From contig CM075994.1 of assembly GCA_038087875.1 (NCBI GenBank), positions 6,760,001-6,824,000 of the forward strand: a stretch of DNA of 64,000 bases, given 5' to 3'. The position numbers and the translations under genes are program-made. This document shows, in pieces, positions 1 to 13,278 of this stretch; position 1 is the stretch's first letter; every line of letters begins with the position of its first letter. Origin of the DNA: Malacoraja senta (lineage: Eukaryota). The notes beneath the pieces were generated by a model that was not told where the DNA came from, searched no databases, and saw only the letters and a program-made list of their open reading frames with translations.

Positions 1-330
1 CCAAGCGGAATATGAGGTGCATTTCCTCCAATTTACGGTGTTGCTCGCTGTGGCCATGGAGGAGACCCAGGACAGAGAGGTCAGATACGGAATGGGAGGG
101 GGAGTTGAAGTGCTGAGCCACCGGGAGGTCAGGTTGGTTATTGCGGACCGACCGGAGGTGTTCGGCGAAACGATCGCCAAGCCTCCTTGGTCTCACCGAT
201 GTAGATCAGCTGGCATCTAGAGCAGCAGATGCAATAGATGAGGTTGGAGGAGATGCAGGTGAACCTCTGTCGCACCTGGAACGACTGCTTAGGTCCTTGA
301 ATGGAGTCGAGGGGGGAGGTGAAGGGACAA
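1..330 (-). mobile_element. Penelope-like element fragment (GIY-YIG endonuclease end)
   Basis: Minus-strand ORF 138-356 reads FQVRQRFTCISSNLIYCICCSRCQLIYIGETK, the GIY-YIG motif with a CxxC insert typical of Penelope/Neptune elements; the same motif occurs at 42980-43090 on +. Confidence 0.8.
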
Positions 331-689
331 GTGTTACTCCAGCACTTTGTGTCCATCTTAATGTAGATGGGGCATGTTGGTCGATGTGGGCAAGTTGGGC
401 CGAAGGGCCTGTTATCGCGCTGTATGACTAAGAGGCGTAGAGCTAGGCAGTGTCACTACAAGAGAGCACATGTGCACAAAGCTGCTTGTGAGCTGAGTTG
501 AGTTTAGTGTCACATGTATCGAGGTACAGTGAAGAGCTTTTGCTGCGTGCTACCCAGCCGGCGGAAAGACAATACATGATTGCAATCGAGCCATTTACAG
601 TGTATAGATACATGATAAGGGAATAACGTTTAGTGCAAGGTAAAGCCAGCAAAGTCCAATCAAGGATAGTCTGAGGGTCGCCATGAGGT

Positions 690-955
690 AGATAGTTGTT
701 CAGGACTGCTCTCTGGTTGTGGTAGGATGGTTCAGTTGCCTGATAACAGCTGGGAAGAAACTGTCCCCGAATCGGGAGGTGAGTGTTTTCACACTTCTAT
801 ACCTTTTGCCCGACGGGAGAGGGGAGAAGAGGGAAGGCCAGGGTTGCGACTGGTCCTTGATTATGCTGCTGGCCTTGCCGAGGCAGCGTGAGGTGTGGAT
901 GGAGTAGACGGAAGGGAGGTTGGTTTGTGCGATGGTCTGGGCTGCGTCCGCAACT
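690..955 (-). mobile_element. Rex1/Babar-type LINE 3' fragment
   Basis: Translation RCLGKASSIIKDQSQP..LFSPLPSGKRYRSVKTLTSRFGDSFFPAVIRQLN matches the C-terminus of Rex1/Babar ORFs; related copies at 48430-48750(-), 49100-49370(+), 50121-50366(+), 52980-53232(+). Confidence 0.7.
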
Positions 956-2084
956 CCCAAAAAGAGATTTCTTGCGGGTGCCCTGGTGCAAGAGACACCC
1001 TTGCACATTGACACAAGGATGCCAATGGAGCGACTGCCAAAACAGGCCCAGAATGGCCAGGCCCTTTCTTTAAAAAAGTATATCACAGCGACCATAGACT
1101 CACAGAACTGCCTCTGGAACCCCTGATAGTTACACACAACACACGTATTCATAGTAAATCTTCCAACACCGTAGATTCACCAGAAACCGCACACTTCTCC
1201 GTTCCGTCCACAGCTGGATTTTCAGCGCGAGATAGACCACTTTGAAGATATTTCAGTCACATGAAATCATCCCAATTGACTCTCTCTCTATCTCTCTCTC
1301 TCCGAACCTGGGGTCTGAAACACTAACCAGCAACTCCCCCTCCCCACCCCACCCACACCCCCCGTTCAAAGTTAACCCAGCCTTTGACCGCATTACAGTC
1401 ACGCACACACACACACAACATGCACACACACATACACACGCACGCAGTCTTGATTAGTACGGGTGTCAGGGGTGATGGGGAGAAGCAGGAGAATGGGGTT
1501 AGGAGGGGAGAGATAGATTAGCCATGATTGAATGGCGGAGTAGACGATGGGCCGAATGGCCTATTTCTGCTCCGAGAACGGACAGGAGGAGGAGAGGGGG
1601 GAGGGAGTGGGAGAGGGAGAGGGAGAGGGGAGAGGGAGAGGGAGAGGGAGAGGGAGAGGGAGAGAGGCAGCATCTCTGGAGAGAAGGAATGGGTGATGTT
1701 TTTCGGGTCGAGACCCTTCTTCACATTGAAAGATAGAGGTGGGGGGAAAAGTGGGGAGGAAACTGGAAGTGGGCAAAAGCCAGAACAAATCAGAGCTGGC
1801 AAGAGGTGAGCCCAGGAAGCGTGTACCCCATAATCGCACATTGTTGGCTGGGGAAGAGGTGAGAACAAGAGGGATATAAGGATGTGAACAGTGGGATGAC
1901 AAGGGTGGGGGAGAGGGCGGGCTGGGGGGACAGGATGGAATGCAACAGTTACGTGAAATTAGGGAAATCAATGTTTGCACCTCAAATGATGTTTGGCGTT
2001 GCCCTGGAGAGATGAAGTTACTTTGCAGACTGAGAGAGCGTCTGGGTGAATGATCTGTGGTGTGAGAGGGGTGAGAGAGCAGTT

Positions 2085-2230
2085 TGTGTCTGCATGTCTG
2101 TGTGTGTGTGTCTGAGTTCTTACGTGTGCGTGTCTGTGTTTCAGAGACTGTCTGTGTGTCTGAGTCTATGTGTGTATGTCTGAATCTATGTGCGTGTGTG
2201 TGTGTCTGAGTCTATGTGTGTGTGTGTGTG

Positions 2231-2261
<31 letters not shown>

Positions 2262-2436
2262 CTGTGTGTGTGTGTCTGTGTGTCTGAGTCTATGTGTGTG
2301 TGTGTGTGTCTGAGTCTATGTGTGTGTGTGTGTGTCTATGTGTGTGTGTGTGTGTGTCTGTCTGTGTGTCTGAGTCTGTGTGTGTGTCTGAGTCTATGTG
2401 TGTGTGTGTGTGTCTGTCTGTGTGTGTGTGTCTGAG

Positions 2437-2472
<36 letters not shown>

Positions 2473-2648
2473 TGAGTCTGTGTGTGTGTGTGTGTGTGTG
2501 TCTGAGTCAATGTGTGTGTGTCTGAATCTATGTGTGTGTTTGTCTGTCTATGTGTGTGTGTGTGTGTCTGTCTGTGTATGTGCATGTGTGTCTGAGTCTA
2601 TGTGTGTGTGTGTGTGTGTCTGAGTCTATGTGTGTGTGTGTCTGAGTC

Positions 2649-2688
<40 letters not shown>

Positions 2689-2984
2689 TCTGTCTATGTG
2701 TGTGTGTGTGTGTGTCTGTCTGTGTATGTGTGTGTGCATGTGTGTCTGAGTCTATGTGTGTGTGTGTGTGTGTCTGAGTCTATGTGTGTGTTTGTGTCTG
2801 AGTCTGTGTATGTGTGTGTCTGAGTCTATATATGTGTGTGTCTGAGTCAGTGTGTGCGTGTCTGAGTCTATGTGTGTGTGTGTCTGTCTATGTGTGTATG
2901 TGTGTCTGTCTGTGTATGTGTGTGTACATGTGTGTCTGAGTCTGTGTATGTGTGTGTCTGAGTCTATATATGTGTGTGTCTGAG

Positions 2985-3039
<55 letters not shown>

Positions 3040-3090
3040 ATGTCTGGAGAGAGGGTGGGTAAGTGAGTGTGTGTGTGTGTGTGTGTGTGA
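2085..3090. repeat. Compound (TG)n microsatellite interrupted by TCTGAGTCTA units
   Basis: Directly visible; it explains the VCVC/HTHT ORFs here. Confidence 0.95.
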
Positions 3091-3294
3091 GATTGAGGAG
3101 AAATCTGGAGATGGTTGTGAGGGAGACGGAGGGAGAGCCAGCGACAGCAGTGATGGGGATTGTTGAAATCCACAATGTTGAGGATGGGAGGGGGAGAAAC
3201 AGCCAGGTGAAACCATTGAAAGAGCCAGAATTTTGCAACAACGATCAGAAAGAAAGAAGGAGGGAGGGGGGGGGGGGGTGGGGGCGACCAGAGG

Positions 3295-3494
3295 NNNNNN
3301 NNNNNNNNNNNNNNNNNNNNNNNNNNNNNNNNNNNNNNNNNNNNNNNNNNNNNNNNNNNNNNNNNNNNNNNNNNNNNNNNNNNNNNNNNNNNNNNNNNNN
3401 NNNNNNNNNNNNNNNNNNNNNNNNNNNNNNNNNNNNNNNNNNNNNNNNNNNNNNNNNNNNNNNNNNNNNNNNNNNNNNNNNNNNNNNNNNNNNN
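3295..3494. other. Assembly gap (200 N)
   Basis: Run of n characters. Confidence 1.
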
Positions 3495-3704
3495 CTTGAG
3501 CAGATAGGATGTATCTATACACTTCAGAATTCATTATGCTACTACCATCAGCAGTTGTACATCAATGATCTTTCAGCAGCCACACATGCCCAGGCCATAA
3601 CACCCCCACCACCGTGTTTCACAGATGAGGTGGTATGCTTTGGATCTTGGGCAGTTCCTTCTCTCCTCCATACTTTGCTCTTGCCATCACTCTGATATAC
3701 GTTA

Positions 3705-4399
3705 TGGGCCTGTCCCACTTAGGTGACTTTTTAGGCAACTGCAGGAGACTATGCAGTCGCCACATGTTCGCGGGTGGTTGCCGGAGAGTGGCCTTCATGG
3801 TCGTGAGGGGTTCCCGCATTCTGGGAACTGGTCGTGGCCTCATTCTGGTCGCCATGAATTTTTCAACGTGTTGAAAAATGTGCGGCAACCAGCATGAAGC
3901 CGCCATGGAGAGTAGTGAGAATTCTCGTGCCCTAGGTGGGTCGCCAGGAGGTCGAAGGTTCTTCTAGGTTGTAGCCAGTGCTGACCGGTGAATTTCATTG
4001 GCTCATTGGGAAACAAAACGTAAGCAGTAGTTTTCAGAACCTAGGGATAACCGACCGGTAATGTTAAATGTCTGCCAAGTTTCACAGCCGTGTATCTCTG
4101 GCTTCTTAAAAATTGTCTCCACCTCTTCTCTCCCCCCCCCCCCTCCTCTTTTAAAGGACTTACTGTACACTGTGCTTCAGCCGTCTTAATTATAGCGCCA
4201 ACCTTCCTGTTCATCGTGTGTGTTTGTATCACCGTGGCTTTGCACTGCATGAATTTCACTCCGACAGCGCTCCCCCTGCTTGCCCTGTCCCCCGCCTGCA
4301 TAACGGGCTGGTGAAGGAAGCGATGTGTGTGTGTGTGTGTGTTCCATTCTGACAGTCGCCGGCAGTCGCCTGAAAAATCGACTAAGTGGGATAGGCCCG
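3705..4399. mobile_element. Non-autonomous TIR element (MITE, PIF/Harbinger-like) inserted in the Tc1 transposase
   Basis: Imperfect TIRs of about 35 bp: GGGCCTGTCCCACTTAGGTGACTTTTTAGGCAACTGC ... GCAGTCGCCTGAAAAATCGACTAAGTGGGATAGGCCC. Flanked by TTA / TTAA, and Tc1 sequence resumes on both sides. Confidence 0.7.
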
Positions 4400-4732
4400 T
4401 TAATCATTGTTTCATCTTCCACAAGACCTTTTTCCAGAACTGTGGTTGCTCTTTTAAGTACTTCTTGGCAAACTGTAACCTGTTTTTTTCGGCTAACCAG
4501 TGGTTGGCATCTTGCAGTGTAGCTTCTGTATTTCTGTTCATGAAGTCTTCTGCAGACAGTGGTCAATGACAAATCCACACCTGACTCCTGAAGAGTGTTT
4601 CTGATCTGTCGGACAGGTGTTTGGGGATTTTTTCTTTTTTATAGAAATAATTCTTCTGTCATCAGCTGTGGAGGTCATCCTTGGCCTGCAAGTCCCTTTG
4701 CGATTAGTAAGCTCACCAGTGCTCTCTTTCTT

Positions 4733-5471
4733 CTGAATGGTGGCCGATTAGGAAAAGGGGAGATGCAACGAGACCTGGGTGTCATGGTACACCAATCATT
4801 GAAAGTAGGCATGCAGGTGCAGCAGGCAGTGAAGAAAGCAAATGGTATGTTAGCATTCATAGCAAAAGGATTTGAGTATAAGAGCAGGGAGGTTCTACTG
4901 CAGTTGTACAGGGTCTTGGTGAGACCACACCTGGAGTATTGCGTACAGTTTTGGTCTCCTAATCTGAGGAAAGACATTCTTGCCATAGAGGGAGTACAGA
5001 GAAGGTTCACCAGACTGATTCCTGGGATGGCAGGACTTTCATATGAAGAAAGACTGGATAGACTCGGCTTGTACACGCTAGAATTTAGAAGATTGAGGGG
5101 GGATCTTATAGAAACGTACAAAATTCTTAAGGGGTTGGACAGGCTAGATGCAGGAAGATTATTCCCGATGTTGGGGAAGTCCAGAACTAGGGGTCACAGT
5201 TTAAGGATAAGTGGGAAGTCTTTTAGGACCGAGATGAGAAAATCATTTTTTACACAGAGAGTGGTGAATCTGTGGAATTCTCTGCCACAGAAGGTAGTTG
5301 AGGCCAGTTCATTGGCTATATTTAAGAGGGAGTTAGATGTGACCCTTGTGGCTAAAGGGATCAGGGGGTATGGAGAGAAGGCAGGGATGGGATACTGAGT
5401 TGGATGATCAGCCATGATCATATCGAAGGGCCGAATGGCCTACTCCTGCACCTATTTTCTATGTTTCTATG
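4733..5471 (+). mobile_element. Young 5'-truncated CR1 LINE inserted in the Tc1 element
   Basis: Uninterrupted CR1 ORF2 C-terminus (RDLGV...LVRPHLEYCVQFWSP...RRLRGDLIE...FFTQRVVNLWNSLP) to a stop at 5398, then a 3'UTR with a TTTCTATG tail; nearly identical to 55330-56070. Confidence 0.92.
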
Positions 5472-7239
5472 ATGTTCCAAAGAGTTGATTTTGGTAAGCC
5501 TAAGGTTTGGCTGATGTCTCTAACAGTTTTATTCTTGTTTCCCAGTATCATAATGGCTTCTTTGACTTTCATTGGCACAACTTTGGTCCTCATGTTGATA
5601 AACAGCAATAAAAGTTTCCAAAGGTGATGGAAAGACTGGAGGAAAGACTAGATGCTGAGAGCTCTCTTATACCTGCATTCAGGAGGCATTTAAACACACC
5701 TGAGCAATTACAAACGCCTGTGAAGCCATGTGTCCCAAACATTCTGGTGCCCTGAAATGGAGGGACTATGTATAAACACAGCTGTAATTTCTACATGGTG
5801 AAACCAAAATGTATAAAAATGGCCTTTAATAAAATCTGACAATGTGCACTTTAACCAAACGTGATTTTTTTAAAATTACAAATCTCAAATTGTGGAGTAC
5901 AGGCAAATAAATAAATGATGAGTCTTTGTCCCAAACATTGTGGAGGGCACTGTAGACGGTGATATAGAGAGATATAGAACAAGTGAATTAAAGATATGCA
6001 AAAAAGTTATGATAAAGGAAACAGGCCATTGTTAGCTGTTTGCTAGGTGAGAACGAGAAGCTGGTGTGACCTGGGTGGCGGAGGGATGCAGAGAGAGGTA
6101 ATGTCGGAGAAGTCAATATTCATAGCACTGGGCTGTAAGCTGCCAATTTGCGTTTAGCCTCACTCTGAAAGTGGTCTCCTTGGAGTAGAGGAGGGGTGGT
6201 TGGGGGGGGGAAGGTGGAGTGTGGATGTGGAGGGGAAGAGAGGGCTTGGATGATCCCCAGGACGATGTGGGAGGGAGGGGTCCTCAATTGGAGAGGAGCC
6301 AGCCTACTGATAGGAGATATAAGACACAATGTGCAGGAAGGAACTGCAGATGCTGGTTTAAACTGAAGATGGACACAAAATGCTGGAGTAACTCAGCGGG
6401 ACCGGCAGCATCTCCGAAGAGAAGGAATGGGTGACGTTTCGGACCGAGACCCTTGAGTCCGCATCGACCAGCGATCCTTGTACACTAACACTATCCTACA
6501 CACACACACGGGGGACAATTTACAATTAAACAAGAGCCAATTAACCTACAGACCTGCACGTCTTTGGAGTGTGGGAGGAAAACGGAGCACCTGGAGAAAA
6601 CCCACGCAGGTAATGGGGAGAACGTAGAAACTCCGTACAGACAGCAGCCCTAGGCAGGATGGAAACCGGGTATCTTGTGCTGTGAGGCAGCGACTCTGCT
6701 GTTATGCCACCGTCTCACCCCAAAGATCACTCCTGAGGTGAATGGAACTGTTTGGGGAGGATGCAGATGTGTTGTGTACCACTAGGGGGAGTGGTCTGGT
6801 CACCCTGGCCCTAGGCAAGGTCCTTCAGTAACCGATGGGAGTAATAGAGTGATACAGTGTGGAAACAGGCCCTTCAGCCCAACTTGCCCACACCGGCCAA
6901 CATGTCACAACTGCCTGCGTTTGGCCCGTATCCCAACAAACCAGTCCTATCTATGTACTTGTCTAACTGCTTCTTAGATGTTGGGATACTCCCAGCTTCA
7001 ACTACCTCCTCCAGCAGCTCGTTCTATACACCTATCACCTTTCGTGTGAAAAATTTGGCCCTCAGATTCTTATTAAATCCCTCCCACCCTCAACTTAAAC
7101 CCATGTCCTCTGGTACCTGAATCCCCGACTGACTCGAGGGTCCAAGCTCAAGGGAGAGGTTGTGTAGGGTGGGACTCTATTTCTTGGAGCACAGGAGGAG
7201 GAGGGGGGATCTTATAGAGGTGTATAAAATCATTAGGGA

Positions 7240-7990
7240 TTAGAGATTCCTTTATTTGTCATTCAGACCTTTCGGTCTGAACGAAATTTCGTTGCCTGCA
7301 GTCATACATATAATAATAAATAACAAAACACACAATAAACACAAATTAACATCCACCACAGTGAGTTCACCAGGCACCTCCTCACTGTGATGGAGGCAAA
7401 AGTCTTAAAGTCTCTGTCTCTTCCCTATTTGTTCTCCCTCTGCGCTGAGGCGATCCAGGCTTCTGATGTTGTGACCCCGCCGGGTGATGGTAAGTCAGTT
7501 CCGCGGCTGAATCCGTGCTCCGTCCGCGACGGGCCGGTTCAAACTCCGCGGCCCGGGGTGGCCGAAGCTGCCGCCCTCCAGTCCAGCGGACGCAGCTGTA
7601 GTTGTGGGAGCCCCAGAAAAACAGGTCACCCACCTGTGACCTGCGAGCTCCCGACGATGTCGTCCACCGGGCCCGCGGCCGAGCCTCCGGACTCAGGTCG
7701 CCACCAGCGTCCTCGGTCGCCACCGCCGGAACGCCACCGCAGCCCCGAAGCCGGCAGGTAAGTCCTGGCTGCCTCTGCCTCCGGAGCCTAGAGGTCGGTC
7801 TCAGTTGGAGTTGGAGGCCGGCAGCTCCGCCATTAGGGCCTCAGCGCAGACGGAGGCAGAGAAGGGGATACGACAAGAAAAAGTCACAAAAATCATGTTT
7901 CACCCCCCACCCCACACATACACAACCCAATAAATTAAAATTTAACTGAAACAGGACAAAACAAAACAAAAACAAACCAAAAAAAGTAAA
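7240..7990 (-). mobile_element. Non-autonomous GC-rich retroelement (Rex1-like tail)
   Basis: Shares its tail (TTATTTGTCATT...ACGAAATTT...CTGCAGTCATACA...ACATCCAyCACAGTGA) and GC-rich body with 22770-23590; no coding potential. Confidence 0.55.
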
Positions 7991-8400
7991 ATGTAAAAGT
8001 TCCATGAGAGGAATATAAAAATAGAAGTAAAAGTAAAAGTTCCATGAGAGGAATAGATCGGGTAGATGCACAGAGCCTCTTGCCCAGAGTAGGGGAATCG
8101 AGCACCAGAGGACATTGGTCTAAGGTGACAAGATTTAATAGGAATCTGAGGGGTAACTTTTTAACACAAAATGGAACGAGCTGCCAGAGGTAGTTGAGGC
8201 TGGGACTATCCCAAAGTTGAACAAGATCCTTGTTAGCTGGAGTTGGTGTGAAGGGATTAACACAGAGCAGCACTGCCACCTAGTGACAGCACGGCATATG
8301 TCCACTCCACGCACCATCCTTTCAGGCTCAAAATAGTGAGAGTAGAAACAGAAGAATGGTGCAGGGGTAGGCTATACAGCCCTTCGAGCCAGCACCGCCA

Positions 8401-9445
8401 TTTTTTATTTATTTTTTATTTATTTTTATTTTATTTATTTATTCCGAACAAGTAAAGACATTAAAGACATTAATATGAACAAAATCGAAATTATCAAACA
8501 ATTGGACGTTACAATCAATATTTACAAAGCAATGAGAACAAAATCAAAGTTCCAATGTCCAACTCTGTGTCTGTACAAGCTCGAAAAGGAGTGAGAAGAA
8601 GAATAACTTATTAAATCTCACCCCTTTTCCCCAACACTTCTACCATATTTAAAAATCAATTCATTACTAATAATAATACTACCCTAGGCAATTTCCCATA
8701 ATACCTACAGACATATATATACATACAACTATTATGTACATACAAACTTCATATCTGAAGTACCCAAACATAAGTAAACAATAGTAAAGCAAGATAAACA
8801 TCAACCCCCACTTGTCAACCATCCCCTCCATCCCTGTACCCCTTGAGAATTATTTTTTAATATATTTTTTATATATCATTTTAAAATGATTCATGTTTGT
8901 GCATTGCTTCAATTCCCCGTTCAATTTATTCCACACTCCTACTCCACAAACCGAAATACAAAAGGTTTTTCTAGTCGTACGGACTTTTTGTTTCTTAAAA
9001 TTAAATATTCCTCGTAACCCCCCACACGCTCGTTAAATAATTTTTGAATGTTTCCAGGTAAATTTTTATTTTTGGCCCTAAACATTATCTGAGCTGTTTT
9101 GAATGTAACCAAATCTTCTAACTTTAATAATTTTGACTCTAAAAATAATGGATTCGTATGACCCAGATACTTAGCATTATGGATAATACGAATTGCTCTT
9201 TTTTGCATCATGGTTAATGAGTGTATCGAATTTTTATAATTATTACCCCAGACTTCTGCACAATAATTTAAGTAGGGTAAAATTAATGAACAATAAAGAA
9301 TACGGAGTGATTTGTAATCCAGAGCTTGCTTGGCTTTGTATAATACAGAGATACTTTTTGACAATTTTAATTTTACATGTTTAATATGTGATTTCCAGCT
9401 TATTTTATCGTCAATTATAACCCCAAGAAATTTATTTTCATGCAC
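8401..9445 (-). mobile_element. AT-rich Crack/Daphne-like (CR1/L2 group) LINE 3' fragment inserted into a CR1 3'UTR
   Basis: KFLGVIIDDKISWKSHI...LYCSLILPYLNYCAEVWG...MQKRAIRII; (AAAT)n-like tail at 8401-8440. The host CR1 3'UTR is split between CAGCACCGCCA (8400) and TGTTCATGGCTGATC (9446). Confidence 0.75.
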
Positions 9446-9920
9446 TGTTCATGGCTGATCGTCCAGAATCAGTACCCCGTTCCTGCTTTCCCCTCATATT
9501 CCTTGATTCCGTTAGCCCTAAGAGCTAAATCTAACAACTCTATCCAGTGAATTGGCCTCCACTGCCTTCTGTGGCAGTGAATTCCACAGATTCACAATTC
9601 TCTGAGTGAAAACGTTTTTCCTCATCTCAGTCCCAAATGGCATCCCCCTTATTCTTAAACTGTGACCCCTGGTTCGGGACTCCCCCAACAACAGTTTTCC
9701 TGCATCTAGCCTGTCCAATCCCTTAAGAATTTTATTTGTTTCTATCAGATCCCCCTCTCGTCTTCCTAAATTACAATGAATATTGGCCCAGTCGCCCCAT
9801 TATTTCATCATATGTCAGTCCCACCATCCCGGGAATTAACCTGGGGAACCTACGCTGCACTCCCTCAATAGCAAGAATGTCCTCCCTCAAATTAGGTGAC
9901 CAAAAATAGACACAATACTC
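9446..9920 (-). mobile_element. CR1 LINE 3' fragment (host of the Crack-like insertion)
   Basis: [25 protein letters not shown] and RTRGHSLRIRG..FTQRIVNLWNSLP on the - strand. Confidence 0.85.
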
Positions 9921-10029
9921 TCGGGGCAGTCTCATCATCAGACAAGATTCAAGAGTGTTGAAGTTAAGAGAGTCATGAATGCTTATTTCCATAAGACAGG
10001 AGAAGAATATGTTGCGAGGAATTGTTTAG

Positions 10030-10490
10030 GGAAATGTTGCTTGGACTTGAGGGTGTGAGCTATAGGGAGAGGTTGAGCAGGCTGGGACTCTATTCCTTGG
10101 AGAGCAGGAGGACTAAGGGTGGTCTTACAGAAGTGCATGAAATTATGAGAGGAATAGATCGGGTAGACGCACAGAGTCTCCTGCCTAGAGTAGATGAATC
10201 GAGGACCAGAGGACATAGGTTTAAGGTGAAGGGGAAAAGATTTAATAGGAATCTGAGGGGTAACTATTTCACACAAAGGATGGTGGATGTATGGAATCAG
10301 CTGCCAGAGGAGGCAGTTGAGGCAGAGACTATACCAAGGTTCAAGAAACAGTTAGATAGGTACATGGATAGCACAGGTTTGTAGGAATATGGACCAAATA
10401 CGTGCAGATGGGACGAGTGTAGCTGGAACATGTTGGCCAGTATGGGCATGTTGGGCCGAAGAGCCTGCTTCCACATTGTATCACTCTATA
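10030..10490 (+). mobile_element. CR1 (HER1-like) 3' fragment
   Basis: GLEGVSYRERLSRLGLYSLE...RTRGHRFKVKG...WNQLP; its 3'UTR ends GGGCCGAAGAGCCTGCTTCCAC, the tail shared with the SINEs. Confidence 0.85.
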
Positions 10491-11919
10491 ATTAGGCCAT
10501 TCGGCCCATTCAATCATGGCTGATCTATCTTTTCCTCTCAACCCTATTCTCCTGCATTCTTTCCATAACCCCTGACACCCGCACTAACCTTCGACCCATC
10601 TTGAACTGGAAATTACTGGACTTTACCTTGCACTAAACATAATTCCCTTTATCCTGTATCTGTACACTGTGGACGGCTTGATTGTAATCATGTATAGTCT
10701 TTCCGCTGACTGGATAGCACGCAACAAAAATGCTTTTCACTGTAGCTTGGTACACGTGACTATAATAAACTAAATTAAATGTAACCTATCCATATTCCCT
10801 AGAGATGTTGCCTGACCTGCTGAGTTACTCCAGCACTTTGTGTCTTTTGTTTGTAAACCAGCATCTGCAGTTCCTTCGGGTGGCGCCACCTCTGTGGCTG
10901 CCTCGCCAGCAGTCTGTTTGTCTACTTCTCTGTTTTTATTATTTTAAGTATGTTTTGAATGTTTGTTTTAATGTTTCTTAGTATGTCTTATGTAGGTAGG
11001 TAGGTGGGGGGTGGGGGGGGGGGGGGGAGGATCGGGGAAAACTGTCTCCAGTCACTTACCTCGACAGAGATGCAATTTTCTTTGTGTCGCATCTCCGCCC
11101 CCCCCCCCCCCTTTTCACTAAGTATGGCTGTATGGTAACTCAAATTTCACTGTACTCCATTTCTCAATCCTAAATGGCCTACCCCTCATTCTGTTGGTTA
11201 AGTGACAATAAACATGACCTTGAACTTGTAACCACAGCAGTATCTTTGTCACAAAGGCTACAGTAGTTCAAACTGCTTAGATAGACGCAAAATGCTGGAG
11301 TAACTCGTGTTCACAAGTGATAGGAGCAGAATTAGGCCATTCGGCCCATCGTCTACTCTGCAATTCAATCATGGCTGATCCTAACCCCATTCTCCTGCCT
11401 TCTCCCCATAACCACTGACCCGTGATAATCAAAGCTGAACCCTTTGAATCTATAATTTTCTGCATAGAAAGATACAAAATGCTGGAGTAACTCAGCGGGT
11501 CGGGCAGCATCTGTGGAGAACAGGAATAGGTGATGTTTCGGGTCGAGACCCTTCTTCGGACTGAGTCAGGGGTGGTTGGAAACATGAGGTATGCAAAGGT
11601 ACACAGAACAGATTGGAGACTGCAATGGAGGCCAAGGAAAGGTGGAGCCCACAATGCTCCATTTTAGGCCATGGAGGAGGTGAAAACAAAGGGGTATATG
11701 GATACAAAAAGTGGAACTCGCAGGACGACTAGGGTGGGGGTGGACACAAAAAGCTGGAGTAACTCAGCGGGACAGGCAGCATCTCTGGAGAGAAGGGATG
11801 GATGACTTTTCGGGTCGAGACCCTTCTCCAGACTAGTCGGGGAAAGGGAAATGAGAGATATAGACGGTGATGTCGAGAGCAGTGTTCCCATTATTTCCCA
11901 CTAAAGTCATAAGGAATAG

Positions 11920-13278
11920 GAATACAATTAGGCCATTCGGCCCATCAAGTCTACTCCACCGTTCAATCATGGCTGATCTATCCCTCCCTCCTAACCCCAT
12001 TCTCCTGCCTTCTCCCATAACCCCCGACACCCGTACCGAATCAATCCATCTCTGCCTTCAATATATCCATTGACTTGTGGCCTCCACCGCCGTCTGTGGC
12101 AAAGATTCCCACAGATTCTAATCAAGAATCTCTCTCGGCCTTAAAAATATCTACTGACGGCCTCCACAACCATCTGTGGCGAAGAATTCCACAGATTCAC
12201 CACCCTCTGACTAAAGATATTCCTCCTCAACTCCTTCCTAAAAGAACATCCTTTAATTATGATGCTATGACCTCAAGTCCTAGACTCTGCCACAAGTGGA
12301 AACATCCTCTCCACATCCACTCTTTCCAGGCCTTTCACGATTCTGTATGTTTCAATGAGGTCCCCCCTCATTCTTCTAAACTCTGCGAGTACAGGATCAG
12401 TGCCGTCAAACGCTCATCATAGGTTAACCCACTCATTCCTGGGATCATTCTGTGAACCTCCTCTGGACCCTCTCAAGAGCCAGAACATCCTTCCCTAGAT
12501 ATGGTGCCCATAATTGCTCACAATATTCCAAATGTGGCCTTACCAGTGCCTTATAGAGCCTCAGCATTACATCCCTGTTTTTGTACACAAGCCCTCTTGA
12601 AATAAATGCTAGCATTGAGTTTGCTTTCTTTACTACCGATTTGACTTGCATATTGACTTTTTGGGAATCCTGCACCAGCACTCCCAAGTCCCTTTGTACA
12701 TCATTTTGCATTTTGAGAAAGTGCGTTCTCACTTTCTCAAAAAGCCTCTCATAGAAACATAGAAAATAGGCACAGAAGTAGGCCATTCGGCCCTTCAAGC
12801 CAGCACCGCCATTCAATTTGATCATGGTTGATCATCCAAAATCAGTTCCCCGTTCCTGCTTTCTCACCATATCCCTTGATCCGTTAGCCTCAAAAGCTAA
12901 ATCTAACTCTCTCTTGAAAAACATCCATTGAATTGGCCTCCACTGCCTTCTGTGGCAGAGAATTCCACAGATTCACAGCTCTCTGGGTGAAAAATATTTT
13001 TCCTCATCTCAATCCTAAATGGCCAACCCCTTATTCATAAACTGTGTGACTCCCGGTTCTGGACACACCTAAACATGGGGAACATTTTTCCTGCATCTAA
13101 CCTGTCAAATCCCTTGAGAATGTTACATCTCCAGAGATCCCCACTCGTCCTAAATTCCGGTGAATACAAGCCCAGTCGACCTGTTCTTTTATTTTTTATC
13201 AGATGTCATTCCCGCCATCCCGAGAATTTTAACCTGGTGAACCTACGCTGCACTCCCTCAATAGCAAGAATGTCCTTC
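11920..13278 (-). mobile_element. Two adjacent CR1 3' fragments
   Basis: RDLGVLVQDSQKVNMQV...LVRPHLEYCEQLWAP (12445-12700), plus a second 3'UTR/ORF end at 12750-13278. Confidence 0.8.

Larger units (their letters stand above)
3495..5952 (-). mobile_element. Tc1/mariner DNA transposon (IR/DR type), decayed, carrying two nested insertions; distal end lost in the gap
   Basis: Minus-strand transposase pieces: ATG at 5593 (MRTKVVPMKVKEAI), TVCRRLHEQKYRSYTARCQPLVS (second HTH), SSVKHGGGGVMAWACVAA and MNSEVYRYILSAQ (DDE region). Terminus CAGTGCCCTCC next to TA at 5953-5954. Internal direct repeat GTCCCAAACATT at about 5732 and 5928. Confidence 0.85.

Noticed and set aside
956..1280. Non-repetitive stretch with open frames on both strands
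   Set aside because: No recognisable domain and no convincing splice-site pair.
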